A stretch of 48,766 bases of DNA from Myxococcota bacterium (GCA_036149055.1 JAYZQJ010000077.1:1-48766), one strand, 5' to 3'. Shown: positions 1-10,038, counted from the stretch's first letter. Numbers and translations: made by a program. The notes: generated by a model not told the origin, from the letters alone.

Positions 1-192
1 TCGGCGGGACGCTCACCGAGCGGCGGCCGGCGCCTGCTCGGCTGGGCCGTCGGCTCCCACTGGGCGCTCTGAGTCTTGGGGGGGGGGGGGGGGGGACCCC
101 CCCCCCCCCCGGGGGCGCGGCCCCCCCCGGCCCGCCCCCCCCGCCCCCCCCCGCCCGCGCGGGGGGGGTCCCCCCCACCCCCACCACACACC

Positions 193-1590
193 TCAGCGCA
201 TCGCGCGCCAGGCCTGGTCGAGGGAGTCGCGGATGCAGCGGTAGCAGTCGGTGCGGCCGCCACGCCCGCAGCCCTCGCGGGGGGCCTCGCGGAAGCGGGC
301 GACGACCGGGGCCGCCCGGGGATCGCGGGCGGCGGTGATGCGCTGGAGGGCGTCGCGCCGGTCGGTGCAGTTGCGCGCGAGCTCCAGGTCGGCGGCGGCC
401 CGCACGCCGGGGGGCAGCGGGATCGGCCGCTCGAGCAGGTGCGCCGCGGCGCGCCGGCGGGCGTCGCGGTAGGGCCCGGTGGCCACCACCTCGAAGAGCT
501 CTCGCTCGGGCTCGGCCAGCGCCTCTCCGATCGGCTGGGCGGCGACGGTGGGGGGCGCGGTCGGCGGCGGCGGCGCGGGCGCGCTCGCGGTGGGGGGCGG
601 ATCCTCTCCGCCGAGCCAGAGCGTCAGGCCCACCGTCAGCCCGAGCAGCGCGAGCGCGCCGCCGGCGGCCGCCGCGAGCAGCCAGGCCCTCGGCCGGGGC
701 CGGGCCCCGAGGCTGGGCTGCGACCGCGGCAGCGCCCGGAGCGCGGTGAGCTCGTCGCGGACCTGGGCCGCCGCCTCGGGTCGGCGCGCCGCGGTCGGCT
801 CGAGCGACGCGCGGATCAGCGCCGCGAGCTGCTCGGGGAGGGCGCCGGTCGGCGGCGTCGGCGGCGCGGGCGGCTCGGTGAGCTGGGCGGCGACGACCTT
901 GGTCAGCTCGCGCTCCCGGTAGAGCGGCCGGCCGGCGCACATCTCCCAGAGCAGCACGCCGAGGGCGTAGAGATCGGCGCGGGCGTCGGTGGGCTGCCCC
1001 AGCGCCTGCTCCGGCGCCATGTAGCCGGTCGTGCCGACGATGTGCCCCTCGGCGGTGAGCCGCCGCTCGGCGCGCTCGTCCACCAGCCCGACCACCCCGA
1101 GGTCGAGCACGTGGACCCAGGGGGAGCCGTCGTCGCGCTTGCCGAGCAGCACGTTGTCGGGCGTCAGGTCCCGGTGCACGAAGCCGCGGGCGTGGATGGC
1201 CGAGAGCGCGTCGGCGATCTGCGCGCCGATCGCGCAGGCCTCCCGCCAGCTGACGGCCCCGCTCGAGAGGCGCTCCCGGAGCGAGATGCCACGCACGAGG
1301 GTGGTGACCAGGAACGCGCCGCCGTCCGGCAGGGTGCCGAAGTCCATCGCGGTGATCACGTGGGGGTGCTCGATCTTGGCGGTGGCCTTCGCCTCGCGCA
1401 GGAAGCGAGCCCGGATCTCGTCGTCCGCGACCAGCTCCGCGCGGATCACCTTCAGCGCGACGCGCTTCTCGAGCTCGAGGTGCTCTGCCTCGTAGACGCT
1501 GCCCATGCCGCCGTCGCCCAGCGGGCGCAGCACGCGGTAGCGCCCGTCCACGACGCGGCCGAGCCAGGGATCGACGCCCGCCTCGCTCAT
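193..1590 (-). CDS. Membrane-anchored Hanks-type Ser/Thr protein kinase with Cys-containing extracytoplasmic C-terminus
   Basis: GDGGMGSVY, VALK, HRDLTPDN, DLG and GTTGYMAPE motifs; a TM segment; a Pro-rich linker; a C-terminal C...CGRGGRTDCYRC. Confidence 0.93.
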   Translation of the reverse strand: MSEAGVDPWLGRVVDGRYRVLRPLGDGGMGSVYEAEHLELEKRVALKVIRAELVADDEIRARFLREAKATAKIEHPHVITAMDFGTLPDGGAFLVTTLVRGISLRERLSSGAVSWREACAIGAQIADALSAIHARGFVHRDLTPDNVLLGKRDDGSPWVHVLDLGVVGLVDERAERRLTAEGHIVGTTGYMAPEQALGQPTDARADLYALGVLLWEMCAGRPLYRERELTKVVAAQLTEPPAPPTPPTGALPEQLAALIRASLEPTAARRPEAAAQVRDELTALRALPRSQPSLGARPRPRAWLLAAAAGGALALLGLTVGLTLWLGGEDPPPTASAPAPPPPTAPPTVAAQPIGEALAEPERELFEVVATGPYRDARRRAAAHLLERPIPLPPGVRAAADLELARNCTDRRDALQRITAARDPRAAPVVARFREAPREGCGRGGRTDCYRCIRDSLDQAWRAMR

Positions 1591-1597
1591 CGACGTG

Positions 1598-2050
1598 TCA
1601 CTCGTCGGAGGACGCGACGCGGCGGTGCGCCGACACGTCGACCCGGCGGAGGCGCTGGCCCGAGCGGCGTCGCCGCGGCCCGGCCATCGACCGCTCGACG
1701 AGCGCGAGCAGGTCCACGAACCGGAAGGGCTTGCGCAGCACCTGGTCGAAGTGGGTCAGCTCCACCCGGCGCATGCGGGAGCCGCTCACCAGGTAGATGC
1801 GCGGGCAGCGCGGGCCGAGCTGCTCTCGCAGCGTCTTCGCCAGCTCCACGCCGTCGAGCCCGGGCATCTGGTAGTCGGTGATCAGCACGCGCGGCGGGCG
1901 CTCGAGCGCCTCCTTCAACGCGCGCCGCGGGTCGCCGAAGCCCCGCGCGCGGAAGTCGCGGTCGCGGAAGAGCGTGAGCAGCCCCTGGAGGAGCGTGCGG
2001 TCGTCCTCGACCACCCAGACCTCGCGGCGTCCTTCGTCGGCGTCGCTCAT
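1598..2050 (-). CDS. Single-domain response regulator with basic C-terminal tail
   Basis: C-terminal part of ORF 1598..2515 from the ATG at 2050 (MSDADEG); VVEDD, LITDYQMPGLDG, VSG, RKP; start overlaps the upstream stop. Confidence 0.88.
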   Translation of the reverse strand: MSDADEGRREVWVVEDDRTLLQGLLTLFRDRDFRARGFGDPRRALKEALERPPRVLITDYQMPGLDGVELAKTLREQLGPRCPRIYLVSGSRMRRVELTHFDQVLRKPFRFVDLLALVERSMAGPRRRRSGQRLRRVDVSAHRRVASSDE

Positions 2051-2499
2051 CCCGCCTCCTCTTCGCCCCGCGCGTCGATGGCGGCCTGGAGCCGGGACGG
2101 GTCGACCTTGCGGCGGGTGCCGGATCGCGGCGGGCTCGCCACCCGGCGCAGCTCGGTGAGCAGCGACCGGTAGGCGTCGGCGCTCGCGCTCTCCTCGGGC
2201 AGCGGGGCCGCCTCGAGCCACTCCGCCTCCGCCTCGCTGAGATCGGCCGGCGCGTGGTCCTCGAGGAAGCGCTCGTAGCCGGCGCTCGGCCCGAGCTCTC
2301 GCAGCCCGAGCAGCGACTCGACCGGCACCTGGAGGACCTCGGCGATCTTGCGCACCGACTCCAGGGTCGGGCGGGTGCGGCCCTTCTCCCAGTGATCCAC
2401 GTGCTGCCACGACGTGCCGAGCGCGCGCGCGAGCTGGTTCCGGTTCAGCCCGGCGCGCTCGCGCGCCTCGGCGATGCGTGTCCCGATGGCGTCGTCCAC
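2047..2499 (-). CDS. XRE-family helix-turn-helix transcriptional regulator
   Basis: IGTRIAEARERAGLNRNQLARALG...WEKGRTRP is a typical HTH_3 domain. Confidence 0.88.
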   Translation of the reverse strand: MDDAIGTRIAEARERAGLNRNQLARALGTSWQHVDHWEKGRTRPTLESVRKIAEVLQVPVESLLGLRELGPSAGYERFLEDHAPADLSEAEAEWLEAAPLPEESASADAYRSLLTELRRVASPPRSGTRRKVDPSRLQAAIDARGEEEAG

Positions 2500-2560
2500 G
2501 GACAGACGGTCGCACTATCTAAAGCTCTTTGCAATCAGGGGTGATCAGGACCTTGCCTTC

Positions 2561-2585
2561 GGTACCCATACCCCCTATGGGTACC
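2561..2585. promoter_or_regulatory. CsoR operator (perfect inverted repeat around a C tract)
   Basis: GGTACCCATA-CCCCC-TATGGGTACC lies directly before csoR and matches the TACC...GGTA plus G/C-tract pattern of CsoR operators. Confidence 0.85.
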
Positions 2586-2588
2586 TGC

Positions 2589-2867
2589 ATGGATGACGCG
2601 ACGAAGCGCGACGTGCGCGCCCGGCTGAAGCGGGCGGTGGGTCAGGTCGAGGGAGTGCTGCGCATGATCGAGGACGATCGCTACTGCGTGGACGTGCTGA
2701 TGCAGCTGGCGGCGGCGCGCGCCGCGCTCGGCAAGGCGGGGGGCGTGGTGCTGCGCGCCCACGTCGACACCTGCGTCTCCACCGCGTTCGCCTCCGACGA
2801 TCCCGCCGAGCGGGAGGCGAAGGCGGCGGAGCTGGCCAAGGTCTTCGAGCGGTACATGGCCTCGTGA
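2589..2867 (+). CDS. csoR: Copper-sensing transcriptional repressor CsoR
   Basis: [28 protein letters not shown]...HVDTC has the C-H-C Cu(I) ligands; lies upstream of a Cu-ATPase. Confidence 0.92.
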   Translation: MDDATKRDVRARLKRAVGQVEGVLRMIEDDRYCVDVLMQLAAARAALGKAGGVVLRAHVDTCVSTAFASDDPAEREAKAAELAKVFERYMAS

Positions 2868-5332
2868 TGGAGCCGGAGCTTCGCGATCCCGTGTGCGGCA
2901 TGTCGGTCACCGAGGACTCGCCGCATCACCTCACCCACCGCGATCGGGACTTCTGGTTCTGCCGCGCCGGCTGCCTCGAGAAGGCGGCCGCCGATCCCGC
3001 GAAGCACCTCGAGGTGAAGGATCCCGTCTGCGGGATGACCATCACCAAGGCCTCGCCGCACCGCGCGACCCACGAGGGGACGCGCTACTGGTTCTGCCGG
3101 GCCGGCTGCCGGGAGAAGTTCGAGGCCGACCCGGAGGCGCACCTCGCGCCGCGCGCGCCGGATCCGGCCGCCGAGGGCGTGCCCCACGTCTGCCCCATGC
3201 ACCCGGAGGAGACGAGCCTCGGCCCGGCCGACTGCGGCATCTGCGGCATGGCGCTCGAGCCGGTCACGATCACGCTCGAGGAGCCGGACAACCCGGAGCT
3301 GCGCGACATGAGCCGGCGCTTCTGGGTGAGCCTCGCGTTCGCCGCGCCCCTGCTCGTGATCGCGATGGGCGACATGTTGCCCGGGGCGCCGTTCAGCGCG
3401 CTCCTCGGCGCGCGCGGGCGGGTGTTCGTGGAGCTCGCGCTCGCCACCCCGGTCGCGCTCTGGGGCGCGTGGCCGTTCTACGTGCGCGCCGTCCGCTCGC
3501 TCGCCAACCGCAGCCTCAACATGTTCACCCTGATCGGGATCGGGGTCGCCGTCGCCTACGGCTTCAGCGTCGTCGCCGCGGTCGCGCCCGGGCTCTTCCC
3601 CGCCTCGTTCCGGCATCACGGCGCGGTCGCGGTCTACTTCGAGGCGGCCGGCGTGATCGTCACGCTCATCCTGCTCGGTCAGGTGCTCGAGCTGCGCGCG
3701 CGCGCGGCCACCGGCTCGGCGATCCGCGCGCTGCTCGGGCTCAGCCCCGAGACGGCGCGGCGGGTCGGGGAGGGGGGCGAGGAGGAGGACGTGCCGCTCG
3801 AGGCGGTGAAGGCCGGCGATCGGCTCCGGGTGCGCCCGGGCGAGAAGGTGCCGGTGGACGGGGTGGTGCTCGAGGGCCGCTCGGCGGTCGACGAGTCGAT
3901 GATCACCGGCGAGCCGATCCCGGTGGACAAGGCGGAGGGCGACGCGGTGGTCGGCGCCACCGTCAACGGCACCGGCGCGCTCCTCATCCGGGCGGAGAAG
4001 GTCGGCGCCGAGACGCTGCTCTCCCGCATCGTGCAGATGGTCGCCGAGGCGCAGCGCAGCCAGGCGCCGATCCAGCGGGTCGCCGACCGCGTCAGCGCGT
4101 ACTTCGTGCCGACCGTGCTCGCGGCCGCCGCGGTCACCTTCGCCGTCTGGGCGCTCGTGGGCCCCGAGCCGAGGCTCGCCTACGCTCTGGTCAACGCGAT
4201 CGCCGTGCTGATCATCGCGTGCCCCTGCGCCCTCGGGCTCGCGACGCCGATGAGCGTGATGGTCGCGACCGGTCGCGGCGCGTCGATGGGCGTGCTCTTC
4301 CGCGACGCGGCCGCGATCGAGCGCCTCCGGGACGTCGACACCCTCGTGCTCGACAAGACCGGGACGTTGACGGAGGGGAGGCCGGCGCTGGTCGAGGCCA
4401 CGGTGGACGACGAGACGCTGGCGCGGGTCGCGGCCGTCGAGGCGCACAGCGAGCACCCGCTGGCCCAGGCGATCGTGAGCGCGGCCCGCGAGCGCGGCCT
4501 CTCGATCCCGGCCGCCGAGGACTTCGCCTCCGAGACCGGCGCCGGCGTGCGGGCCCGCGTCGACGGGCGCGAGGTCCGGGTGGGCAACGCCGCGATGATG
4601 CAGGGGCTCGACGCGGACGCGCACGAGGCCCCTGCGTACGAGGCCCCCGCGTACGAGGCCAAGGCGGAGGCGTGGCGCGCCCAGGGCCGTACGGTGATGG
4701 TGGTGGCCGTCGACGGCGCGGTGGCCGGGCTCCTCGCGGTGGCCGACCCGATCAAGGCGGGGGCCCGCGAGACGCTCGACCGGCTCCGCGCGAGGGGGCT
4801 GTCGATCGTCATGCTCACCGGCGACGCCGAGGCGACCGCGCGCGCGGTGGCGGAGGAGCTCGGCATCGACGCGGTGGTCGCCGGGGTGCGCCCGGACCAG
4901 AAGCGCGACGAGATCGCGCGGCTCCGGGACGAGGGCCGGGTGGTGGCGATGGTCGGCGACGGGATCAACGACGCGCCCGCGCTCGCCCGGGCCGACGTCG
5001 GCCTCGCGATGGGCACCGGCACCGACGTGGCGATGGAGAGCGCGGGCGTGACCCTGGTCGGCGGCGATCTGCGCGGCGTCGAGCGCGCGGTCGCGTTGAG
5101 CCACCGCACCCTGCGCAACATCCGCCAGAACCTGGTCTTCGCCTTCGGCTACAACGCGCTCGGCGTCCCGATCGCGGCCGGCGTGCTCTACCCGGTCTTC
5201 GGGCTCCTGCTCAGCCCGATGATCGCCGCCGCCGCGATGAGCCTCTCGAGCGTCTCGGTGATCGGCAACGCGCTCCGTCTCCGCTCATTCGGCGAAGACG
5301 AGGTCCTCCACGAACGCGCGGTCGGCGGCTGA
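2867..5332 (+). CDS. copA: Cu(I)-translocating P1B-type ATPase with two YHS-like domains and a CPMHP metal-binding domain
   Basis: DPVCGM twice, [42 protein letters not shown]; start may be 2864 or 2867. Confidence 0.95.
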   Translation: MEPELRDPVCGMSVTEDSPHHLTHRDRDFWFCRAGCLEKAAADPAKHLEVKDPVCGMTITKASPHRATHEGTRYWFCRAGCREKFEADPEAHLAPRAPDPAAEGVPHVCPMHPEETSLGPADCGICGMALEPVTITLEEPDNPELRDMSRRFWVSLAFAAPLLVIAMGDMLPGAPFSALLGARGRVFVELALATPVALWGAWPFYVRAVRSLANRSLNMFTLIGIGVAVAYGFSVVAAVAPGLFPASFRHHGAVAVYFEAAGVIVTLILLGQVLELRARAATGSAIRALLGLSPETARRVGEGGEEEDVPLEAVKAGDRLRVRPGEKVPVDGVVLEGRSAVDESMITGEPIPVDKAEGDAVVGATVNGTGALLIRAEKVGAETLLSRIVQMVAEAQRSQAPIQRVADRVSAYFVPTVLAAAAVTFAVWALVGPEPRLAYALVNAIAVLIIACPCALGLATPMSVMVATGRGASMGVLFRDAAAIERLRDVDTLVLDKTGTLTEGRPALVEATVDDETLARVAAVEAHSEHPLAQAIVSAARERGLSIPAAEDFASETGAGVRARVDGREVRVGNAAMMQGLDADAHEAPAYEAPAYEAKAEAWRAQGRTVMVVAVDGAVAGLLAVADPIKAGARETLDRLRARGLSIVMLTGDAEATARAVAEELGIDAVVAGVRPDQKRDEIARLRDEGRVVAMVGDGINDAPALARADVGLAMGTGTDVAMESAGVTLVGGDLRGVERAVALSHRTLRNIRQNLVFAFGYNALGVPIAAGVLYPVFGLLLSPMIAAAAMSLSSVSVIGNALRLRSFGEDEVLHERAVGG

Positions 5333-6442
5333 TCCCTCGCCGGGCAGGAGCATGTGCTCGGCGCCCTCCGCGACGTACAGCGACAGGTTCGGGTGCGGCG
5401 CCACGACGTCGCGCTCGAGCCGCGCGAGCCCGTCCGCGAAGACCTCGGGCGGGTAGAGGGTGAAGACGCTGCAGCGCGGCGTGTAGCCCATCGAGTAGAA
5501 GAGGCGGATGACGTAGTCCTCGCGGTAGGTCATCAGGCCGAAGCGCTCCTCCGGGTAGCGCGCCGCGAGGTGCGACAGCAGCGCGACCAGGCCGCCGCCG
5601 GAGGGATCGCGGCACGCGTCGCAGCCCTCGGGCAGGGTGCGCGCGAGCCCCCAGACGTCGCGCCACTGACGCTGGAGGCAGACGGGCATGTAAGGGTCGG
5701 GCAAGGGGGTGCCCGAGTCGTCGAGGAGGGTGACCCGCGCGTCCGGGAAGGCGTCGTGCACGCGCGGGTAGCTCAGGGCGGCGCCGAAGCCGCCCGCGCT
5801 CGAGCCGGTCAGGAGCACGTGGGGCGGATCGAAGGTCGCCGCGAGGCGCTCGAGCACGATGCGCATGTTGACGGCCCCGACGTGGGTGTAGCCGTCGGAG
5901 GCCTCGAGCACGTCCCCCGCGAACACGTCGCCCGAGCAGTAGGGGACGAAGACGTGGGTCCAGTCGCGGAAGCGCCCGTCGCGGGCGAAGAGCCAGCTGT
6001 AGCGCTCGACGCGCGGGAGGAAGTCGGCGGCCCGCTCGGCGCCGAAGGACCGCCGCGACACCCCGCTCCGACAGGAGGCCTCGTTGAAGCAGGCGCCGCC
6101 CTCCTGGAGGTAGAGGATCAGGCCGGCGTCGGGATCGCCGCGGCGGATCATCACGCCGCTCGGCGAGCCGTCGAGGCAGCGGGTCCGGGGCAGCGGCACC
6201 CAGACCCACTCCCGGTCGGGCAGCGCGAGCGGCCCGGGGTCGGGCGCGTCGTCGGGCACGTAGGGCGGCGGGAGGGGCGCGGGCGTCCAGTCGGCGCGCG
6301 GCGGCGGCGGCGGGCTCGGGCCCGAGTCCGAGGGCCCAGCGTCCGGGAGCCCGGCGTCCGAAGCCCGATCGTCGCGAGGGGCCGTCTCGGCGCAGCCCCC
6401 GAGGCAGAGCGCGAGGAGCGCGACGCAGAGGCGGCGGCTCAC
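5285..6442 (-). CDS. Pectinacetylesterase/Notum-like hydrolase, probable lipoprotein
   Basis: GTG start at 6442 coupled to the upstream stop; lipobox [34 protein letters not shown]. Confidence 0.82.
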   Translation of the reverse strand: MSRRLCVALLALCLGGCAETAPRDDRASDAGLPDAGPSDSGPSPPPPPRADWTPAPLPPPYVPDDAPDPGPLALPDREWVWVPLPRTRCLDGSPSGVMIRRGDPDAGLILYLQEGGACFNEASCRSGVSRRSFGAERAADFLPRVERYSWLFARDGRFRDWTHVFVPYCSGDVFAGDVLEASDGYTHVGAVNMRIVLERLAATFDPPHVLLTGSSAGGFGAALSYPRVHDAFPDARVTLLDDSGTPLPDPYMPVCLQRQWRDVWGLARTLPEGCDACRDPSGGGLVALLSHLAARYPEERFGLMTYREDYVIRLFYSMGYTPRCSVFTLYPPEVFADGLARLERDVVAPHPNLSLYVAEGAEHMLLPGEGSAADRAFVEDLVFAE

Positions 6443-7833
6443 GCCTCCTCCGCGAGCGCGATCAGCTCCTGCGCGGCCCGCTCGCCCGACCAGAGGGCGC
6501 CGTGCACCGTCGCCGGGTACTCGGGGTGGGTGTGCTCGCCCGCGAAGCGGAGGCGCTCGTGGGCCGGCGCGCCGAGCACCTCGATGGCCTCCGGGGATCC
6601 GCCGGTCGGCACGTGCATGTAGCTGCCCCGCGCGAAGGGATCGCGGCTCCAGCGGCTCATCGCCACTGCCTCCGGCTCGGGCACGTCGTCGCCGAACATG
6701 CGCCGGAGCACGGTCATCACCCGCCCCGCCGCCGCGTCGTCCGAGAGCCCCTCCAGCGACCGCGCCGCGCTGCCGCCCGCGAAGGCGATCAGGATCGGCG
6801 TGTCCGCGTGGTACGCCCAGCTGAGCATCACCGGCAGCTGCGGCTCGCCGTCCGCCATCGCGCCGAGCAGCTCGGCGTCCTCCGGCCAGAAGACGCGCGG
6901 GAAGCGCAGCGCGACCTTGTTGAGCGTGCCCATCGCGAGCTGCCGCGAGGCGCGCCGCTTCGCGCTCGAGAGGGGCGGCGAGAAGCGCACGCTGCCCGCC
7001 TGCAGCACCCCGAGCGGCAGGGTGACGATGGCCGCGTCGGCCTCGAAGGTGCCCTGGTCGGTGCGGATCTCGACGCCCTCGTCGCCGTAGCGGATCGCGC
7101 GCACACGCTGCTCGGTGCGCACGTCCAGGCCCTCCGCGAGGGCGTCGACGATCGCGCCGTAGCCGCCGGGGAAGAGCCGGTCGCCGCCGCCGAGCTCCTC
7201 GTCGAACCCGAGGTGGCCGAGGGACATGGCGCTCGCGTCGGCGGCCAGCGCGACCTCCATCGTCTCGACTCGCCAGGCGAGCGCGCGCCGCTCGGCCGGG
7301 TCGAGCGACTCGCCCTCGAGGGCTCGCTCGATGCCCCAGGCGATCGACCGGTCCTGCTCGAGCGTCTCGGCGATCTCGGCGACGTCCTCGAGCAGCGCGT
7401 CGAAGGCCGACCCGATCTCGTCGATCTCGGCGCGCGCGAGGCGGCGGCCGTCCACGTCCCAGAGCTCCGGCGTGTCGTAGTCGGTCGGGCGCGTCTCGAG
7501 CTCGAGCGCCGCCGCCATCTCGGTGATGGGGTTGCCGTCGACGCCGTGGATCCACGAGGCGCCGAGGTCGAGCGGGACGCCGAGCTGGTCGGAGGTCCAG
7601 ACGCGGCCGCCGATCCGCGCCCGGGCCTCGAGCACGGTCACGTCGAAGCCGGCCTGGCGCAGCCTCCGCGCCGCGCCGAGCCCGCTCACGCCGGCCCCCA
7701 CCACCAGCGCGCGCTCGGCCCGGCTGGGCGCGGGGAGCGGCTCGACCCGCTCGGACCCGCCGCACTCGCAACCCCCGAGCTGGGCGCTCAGCGCCGCCGC
7801 GCCGAGCCCCGCGAGCCAGTCCCTCCGCCGCAT
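6439..7833 (-). CDS. Flavin-containing amine oxidase (MAO/PAO family), Tat-exported lipoprotein
   Basis: RRRDWL Tat motif plus LGGC; GAGVSGL, EARARIGGR, DLGASWIHG, GSY, FAGEHT, TVHGA. Confidence 0.9.
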   Translation of the reverse strand: MRRRDWLAGLGAAALSAQLGGCECGGSERVEPLPAPSRAERALVVGAGVSGLGAARRLRQAGFDVTVLEARARIGGRVWTSDQLGVPLDLGASWIHGVDGNPITEMAAALELETRPTDYDTPELWDVDGRRLARAEIDEIGSAFDALLEDVAEIAETLEQDRSIAWGIERALEGESLDPAERRALAWRVETMEVALAADASAMSLGHLGFDEELGGGDRLFPGGYGAIVDALAEGLDVRTEQRVRAIRYGDEGVEIRTDQGTFEADAAIVTLPLGVLQAGSVRFSPPLSSAKRRASRQLAMGTLNKVALRFPRVFWPEDAELLGAMADGEPQLPVMLSWAYHADTPILIAFAGGSAARSLEGLSDDAAAGRVMTVLRRMFGDDVPEPEAVAMSRWSRDPFARGSYMHVPTGGSPEAIEVLGAPAHERLRFAGEHTHPEYPATVHGALWSGERAAQELIALAEEA

Positions 7834-7851
7834 GCAGCGAGGGTATCAGCG

Positions 7852-8484
7852 TCAGGCGTCGTACGTCGTCGTCACCTCGACGGTCAGGCCGTCGTTCGAG
7901 AGCTCGTCCAGGGTCACGCGGCTCTCGATCTGGCGGGCGCCGTTCTTCTCGAGCAGGAGGGTCACGCCGGGCGGCAGGTGATCGGTGACGTTCGCGCGGA
8001 AGGCGCCGTCGCGATCGGTGAACCGGAAGACGCAGCGCCCCGGCTCGTTCTCGACGAGCTCGAGCCGCCCCGACGTGTAGAGCCGCATCCAGAAGCCCGG
8101 GATGAGCTTGGCCACGGTGGTCGGGCTCATGATGCCGAGGAACATCTTGTAGAGCGCCTGCAGGAGGCGGCCGCCGCCCAGCTGCACGAGCTTCTCGTAG
8201 AACTGCTCGCGGGTGACGCCGGTCTCGCGCGAGGCCTCCACGAAGGCGGCGTCGAGGAAACGATCCCACGTGGCGACCGGGTAGAAGCTGCTCGCGAGGA
8301 GCGGCCCGTCGATCAGGTCTCGGTCGGCGTCGGTGAGCCGACCGAGCGCGCGCTCGTACACGCCGTCGCCCCACTCGCGGCGAATGGTCCCCCGCGCCTC
8401 GTTCATCACGGCGCCACGAAGCTTCTCATCGCGCGGCGGTGGCGAGGCCGACAGAGACGGTGACGAATCTTTCTCTTGCTGCAT
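7852..8484 (-). CDS. Hypothetical protein resembling myxobacterial DUF2378/V4R-like ligand-binding proteins
   Basis: KLRG...WGDGVYERAL...LLASSFYP...W..LY.SG pattern; preceded by GGGGAGGAG RBS; divergent from the sigma54 activator. Confidence 0.6.
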   Translation of the reverse strand: MQQEKDSSPSLSASPPPRDEKLRGAVMNEARGTIRREWGDGVYERALGRLTDADRDLIDGPLLASSFYPVATWDRFLDAAFVEASRETGVTREQFYEKLVQLGGGRLLQALYKMFLGIMSPTTVAKLIPGFWMRLYTSGRLELVENEPGRCVFRFTDRDGAFRANVTDHLPPGVTLLLEKNGARQIESRVTLDELSNDGLTVEVTTTYDA

Positions 8485-8578
8485 GCTCCTCCCCGTACTG
8501 AAATGGCCTCCACATCAAAAAGCCACATTCGGTGGTTGTACCGCGAGGGCAAAAACCGGACAATCCATGTCCTGTTGA

Positions 8579-9982
8579 ATGGCCAATACGTCTGGAGCAG
8601 CTGCTGACGTTCTACTGGTCGGTGACCCGAAGGCCTCCTCCGTCGATCTCGCGGAGTGCCTTCGCGCGCGAGGCTATCGGGTCGAGGTGAGCGAGCGCGG
8701 GTTGCCCGCGTCGTTCGAGGGCTCTCCCCCCGACCTGGTCGTCGTGTGCCCGCCCGTCTTCGCGCGCACCGCGGACGACGTGCTCGGGGAGGTGCGGGCC
8801 CGGGACGGCGGCACACCGGTGGTGATCGCCGGCGCGCGTGATCAGGTGCGCGCGGAGCGCTTGATGGCCGCCGGCGCCTTCGAGTGCGTGCTCGATCCCG
8901 CGGACGAGCCACATCGCCTGCTCGCGGCGGTCGGCTACGCGCTCGGCGCGCGCGAGGAGGACCGCGCGCTCAGCTACCTGCGCGAGCGAGACGCGACCGG
9001 GGCGCGGCTGATCGGCCAGCACCCGTCGATGCGGCGCATCTTCGACATGGTCGCCCAGGTCTGTCAGCGCACCGCGTCCGGCGCGACGCCGGCCATCCTG
9101 GTCTGCGGCGAGACGGGCACCGGCAAGGGCGCGCTCGCGAAGTCGCTCCACTACCGCAGCCTCCGCCGCCACCGCCCGTTCGTGGAGGTCAACTGCGCCG
9201 CGCTGCCGCCGAGCCTCGTCGAGTCGGAGCTCTACGGCTACGAGAAGGGCGCGTTCACCGACGCGGCCCGCAGCCGCCCGGGGCTCTTCGAGACCGCGAA
9301 CCGCGGGACCCTCTTCCTCGACGAGATCCCGAGCGTGCCGCTCGGGACCCAGGCCAAGCTGCTGACCTCGATCGAGGAGAAGGTCTGTCGGCGGATCGGC
9401 GGCCGCGAGGTCACCCGCCTCGACGTGCAGATCATCGCCGCCGCTCAGCCGGTGCTGCGATCCCTCGTCCAGTCCGGCGGCTTCCGCGAGGATCTCTACC
9501 ACCGCCTCAACGTCATCCGGATCGAGCTGCCGCCCCTCCGCGAGCGAGGCGAGGACGCCATCCTGCTCGCGCGCGCGTTCGTCGACGAGCTCTCGCGCGA
9601 GTACGGCATCCCGCCGCGCCACCTCTCGGAGGACGCGGAGGACTTCATCCGAAGTTACCACTGGCCGGGCAACGTCCGAGAGCTCCGGAACCAGATCGAG
9701 CGCATCGTGCTCCTCTCCGAGGACGAGGCGATCGAGGGCTGGCAGTTCGAGCGCGTGAGCGGCGAGCTGGTGCAGCTCTCGGTCGACGACGCGGAGGACG
9801 AGCCGGAGCTCCGGATCCGGATGCCGGCCTCGGGGCTGCCGCTCGTCGAGGTGGAGAAGCGGCTGATCTCGCGCGCCCTCGAGCTGAACGACGGCAACGT
9901 CACCCGGACCGCGCGCTACCTCTCGATCACCCGTCAGACGCTCATCTACCGGATGAAGAAATTCGGGCTCAGCCGACGATGA
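8579..9982 (+). CDS. Sigma54-dependent enhancer-binding protein with degenerate receiver domain and Fis-type HTH
   Basis: GETGTGK, GAFTDA, LFLDEI, FREDLYHRLN, WPGNVREL, C-terminal HTH. Confidence 0.93.
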   Translation: MANTSGAAADVLLVGDPKASSVDLAECLRARGYRVEVSERGLPASFEGSPPDLVVVCPPVFARTADDVLGEVRARDGGTPVVIAGARDQVRAERLMAAGAFECVLDPADEPHRLLAAVGYALGAREEDRALSYLRERDATGARLIGQHPSMRRIFDMVAQVCQRTASGATPAILVCGETGTGKGALAKSLHYRSLRRHRPFVEVNCAALPPSLVESELYGYEKGAFTDAARSRPGLFETANRGTLFLDEIPSVPLGTQAKLLTSIEEKVCRRIGGREVTRLDVQIIAAAQPVLRSLVQSGGFREDLYHRLNVIRIELPPLRERGEDAILLARAFVDELSREYGIPPRHLSEDAEDFIRSYHWPGNVRELRNQIERIVLLSEDEAIEGWQFERVSGELVQLSVDDAEDEPELRIRMPASGLPLVEVEKRLISRALELNDGNVTRTARYLSITRQTLIYRMKKFGLSRR

Positions 9983-9992
9983 CAGTCAGGGG

Positions 9993-10038
9993 TGTAGCAT
10001 TTGCCACCATCGCTGACTCGAGTGTGGCTTTTCAAACA
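9993..10038 (+). promoter_or_regulatory. Candidate tandem enhancer (UAS) sites TGT-N10-AC[A/C]
   Basis: TGTAGCATTTGCCACC (9993-10008) and TGTGGCTTTTCAAACA (10023-10038), 30 bp apart, upstream of the sigma54 promoter. Confidence 0.5.

Noticed and set aside
1..72. Possible 3' end of an upstream + strand gene (...GSHWAL*)
   Set aside because: Too short to support a call
76..192. G/C homopolymer tract and the 601-aa ORF 76..1881 starting in it
   Set aside because: Low-complexity runs near the sequence end look like sequencing or assembly noise; the ORF is the antisense shadow of the kinase gene
193..1590. Pseudokinase call because of HRDLTPDN and DLG variants
   Set aside because: Catalytic Lys, Asp, Asn and the Mg-binding Asp are all retained, so it is probably active
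5285..8374. 1029-aa ORF
   Set aside because: Only the part from 6442 down is protein-like; the upstream part overlaps the amine oxidase and the 7852-8484 gene out of frame
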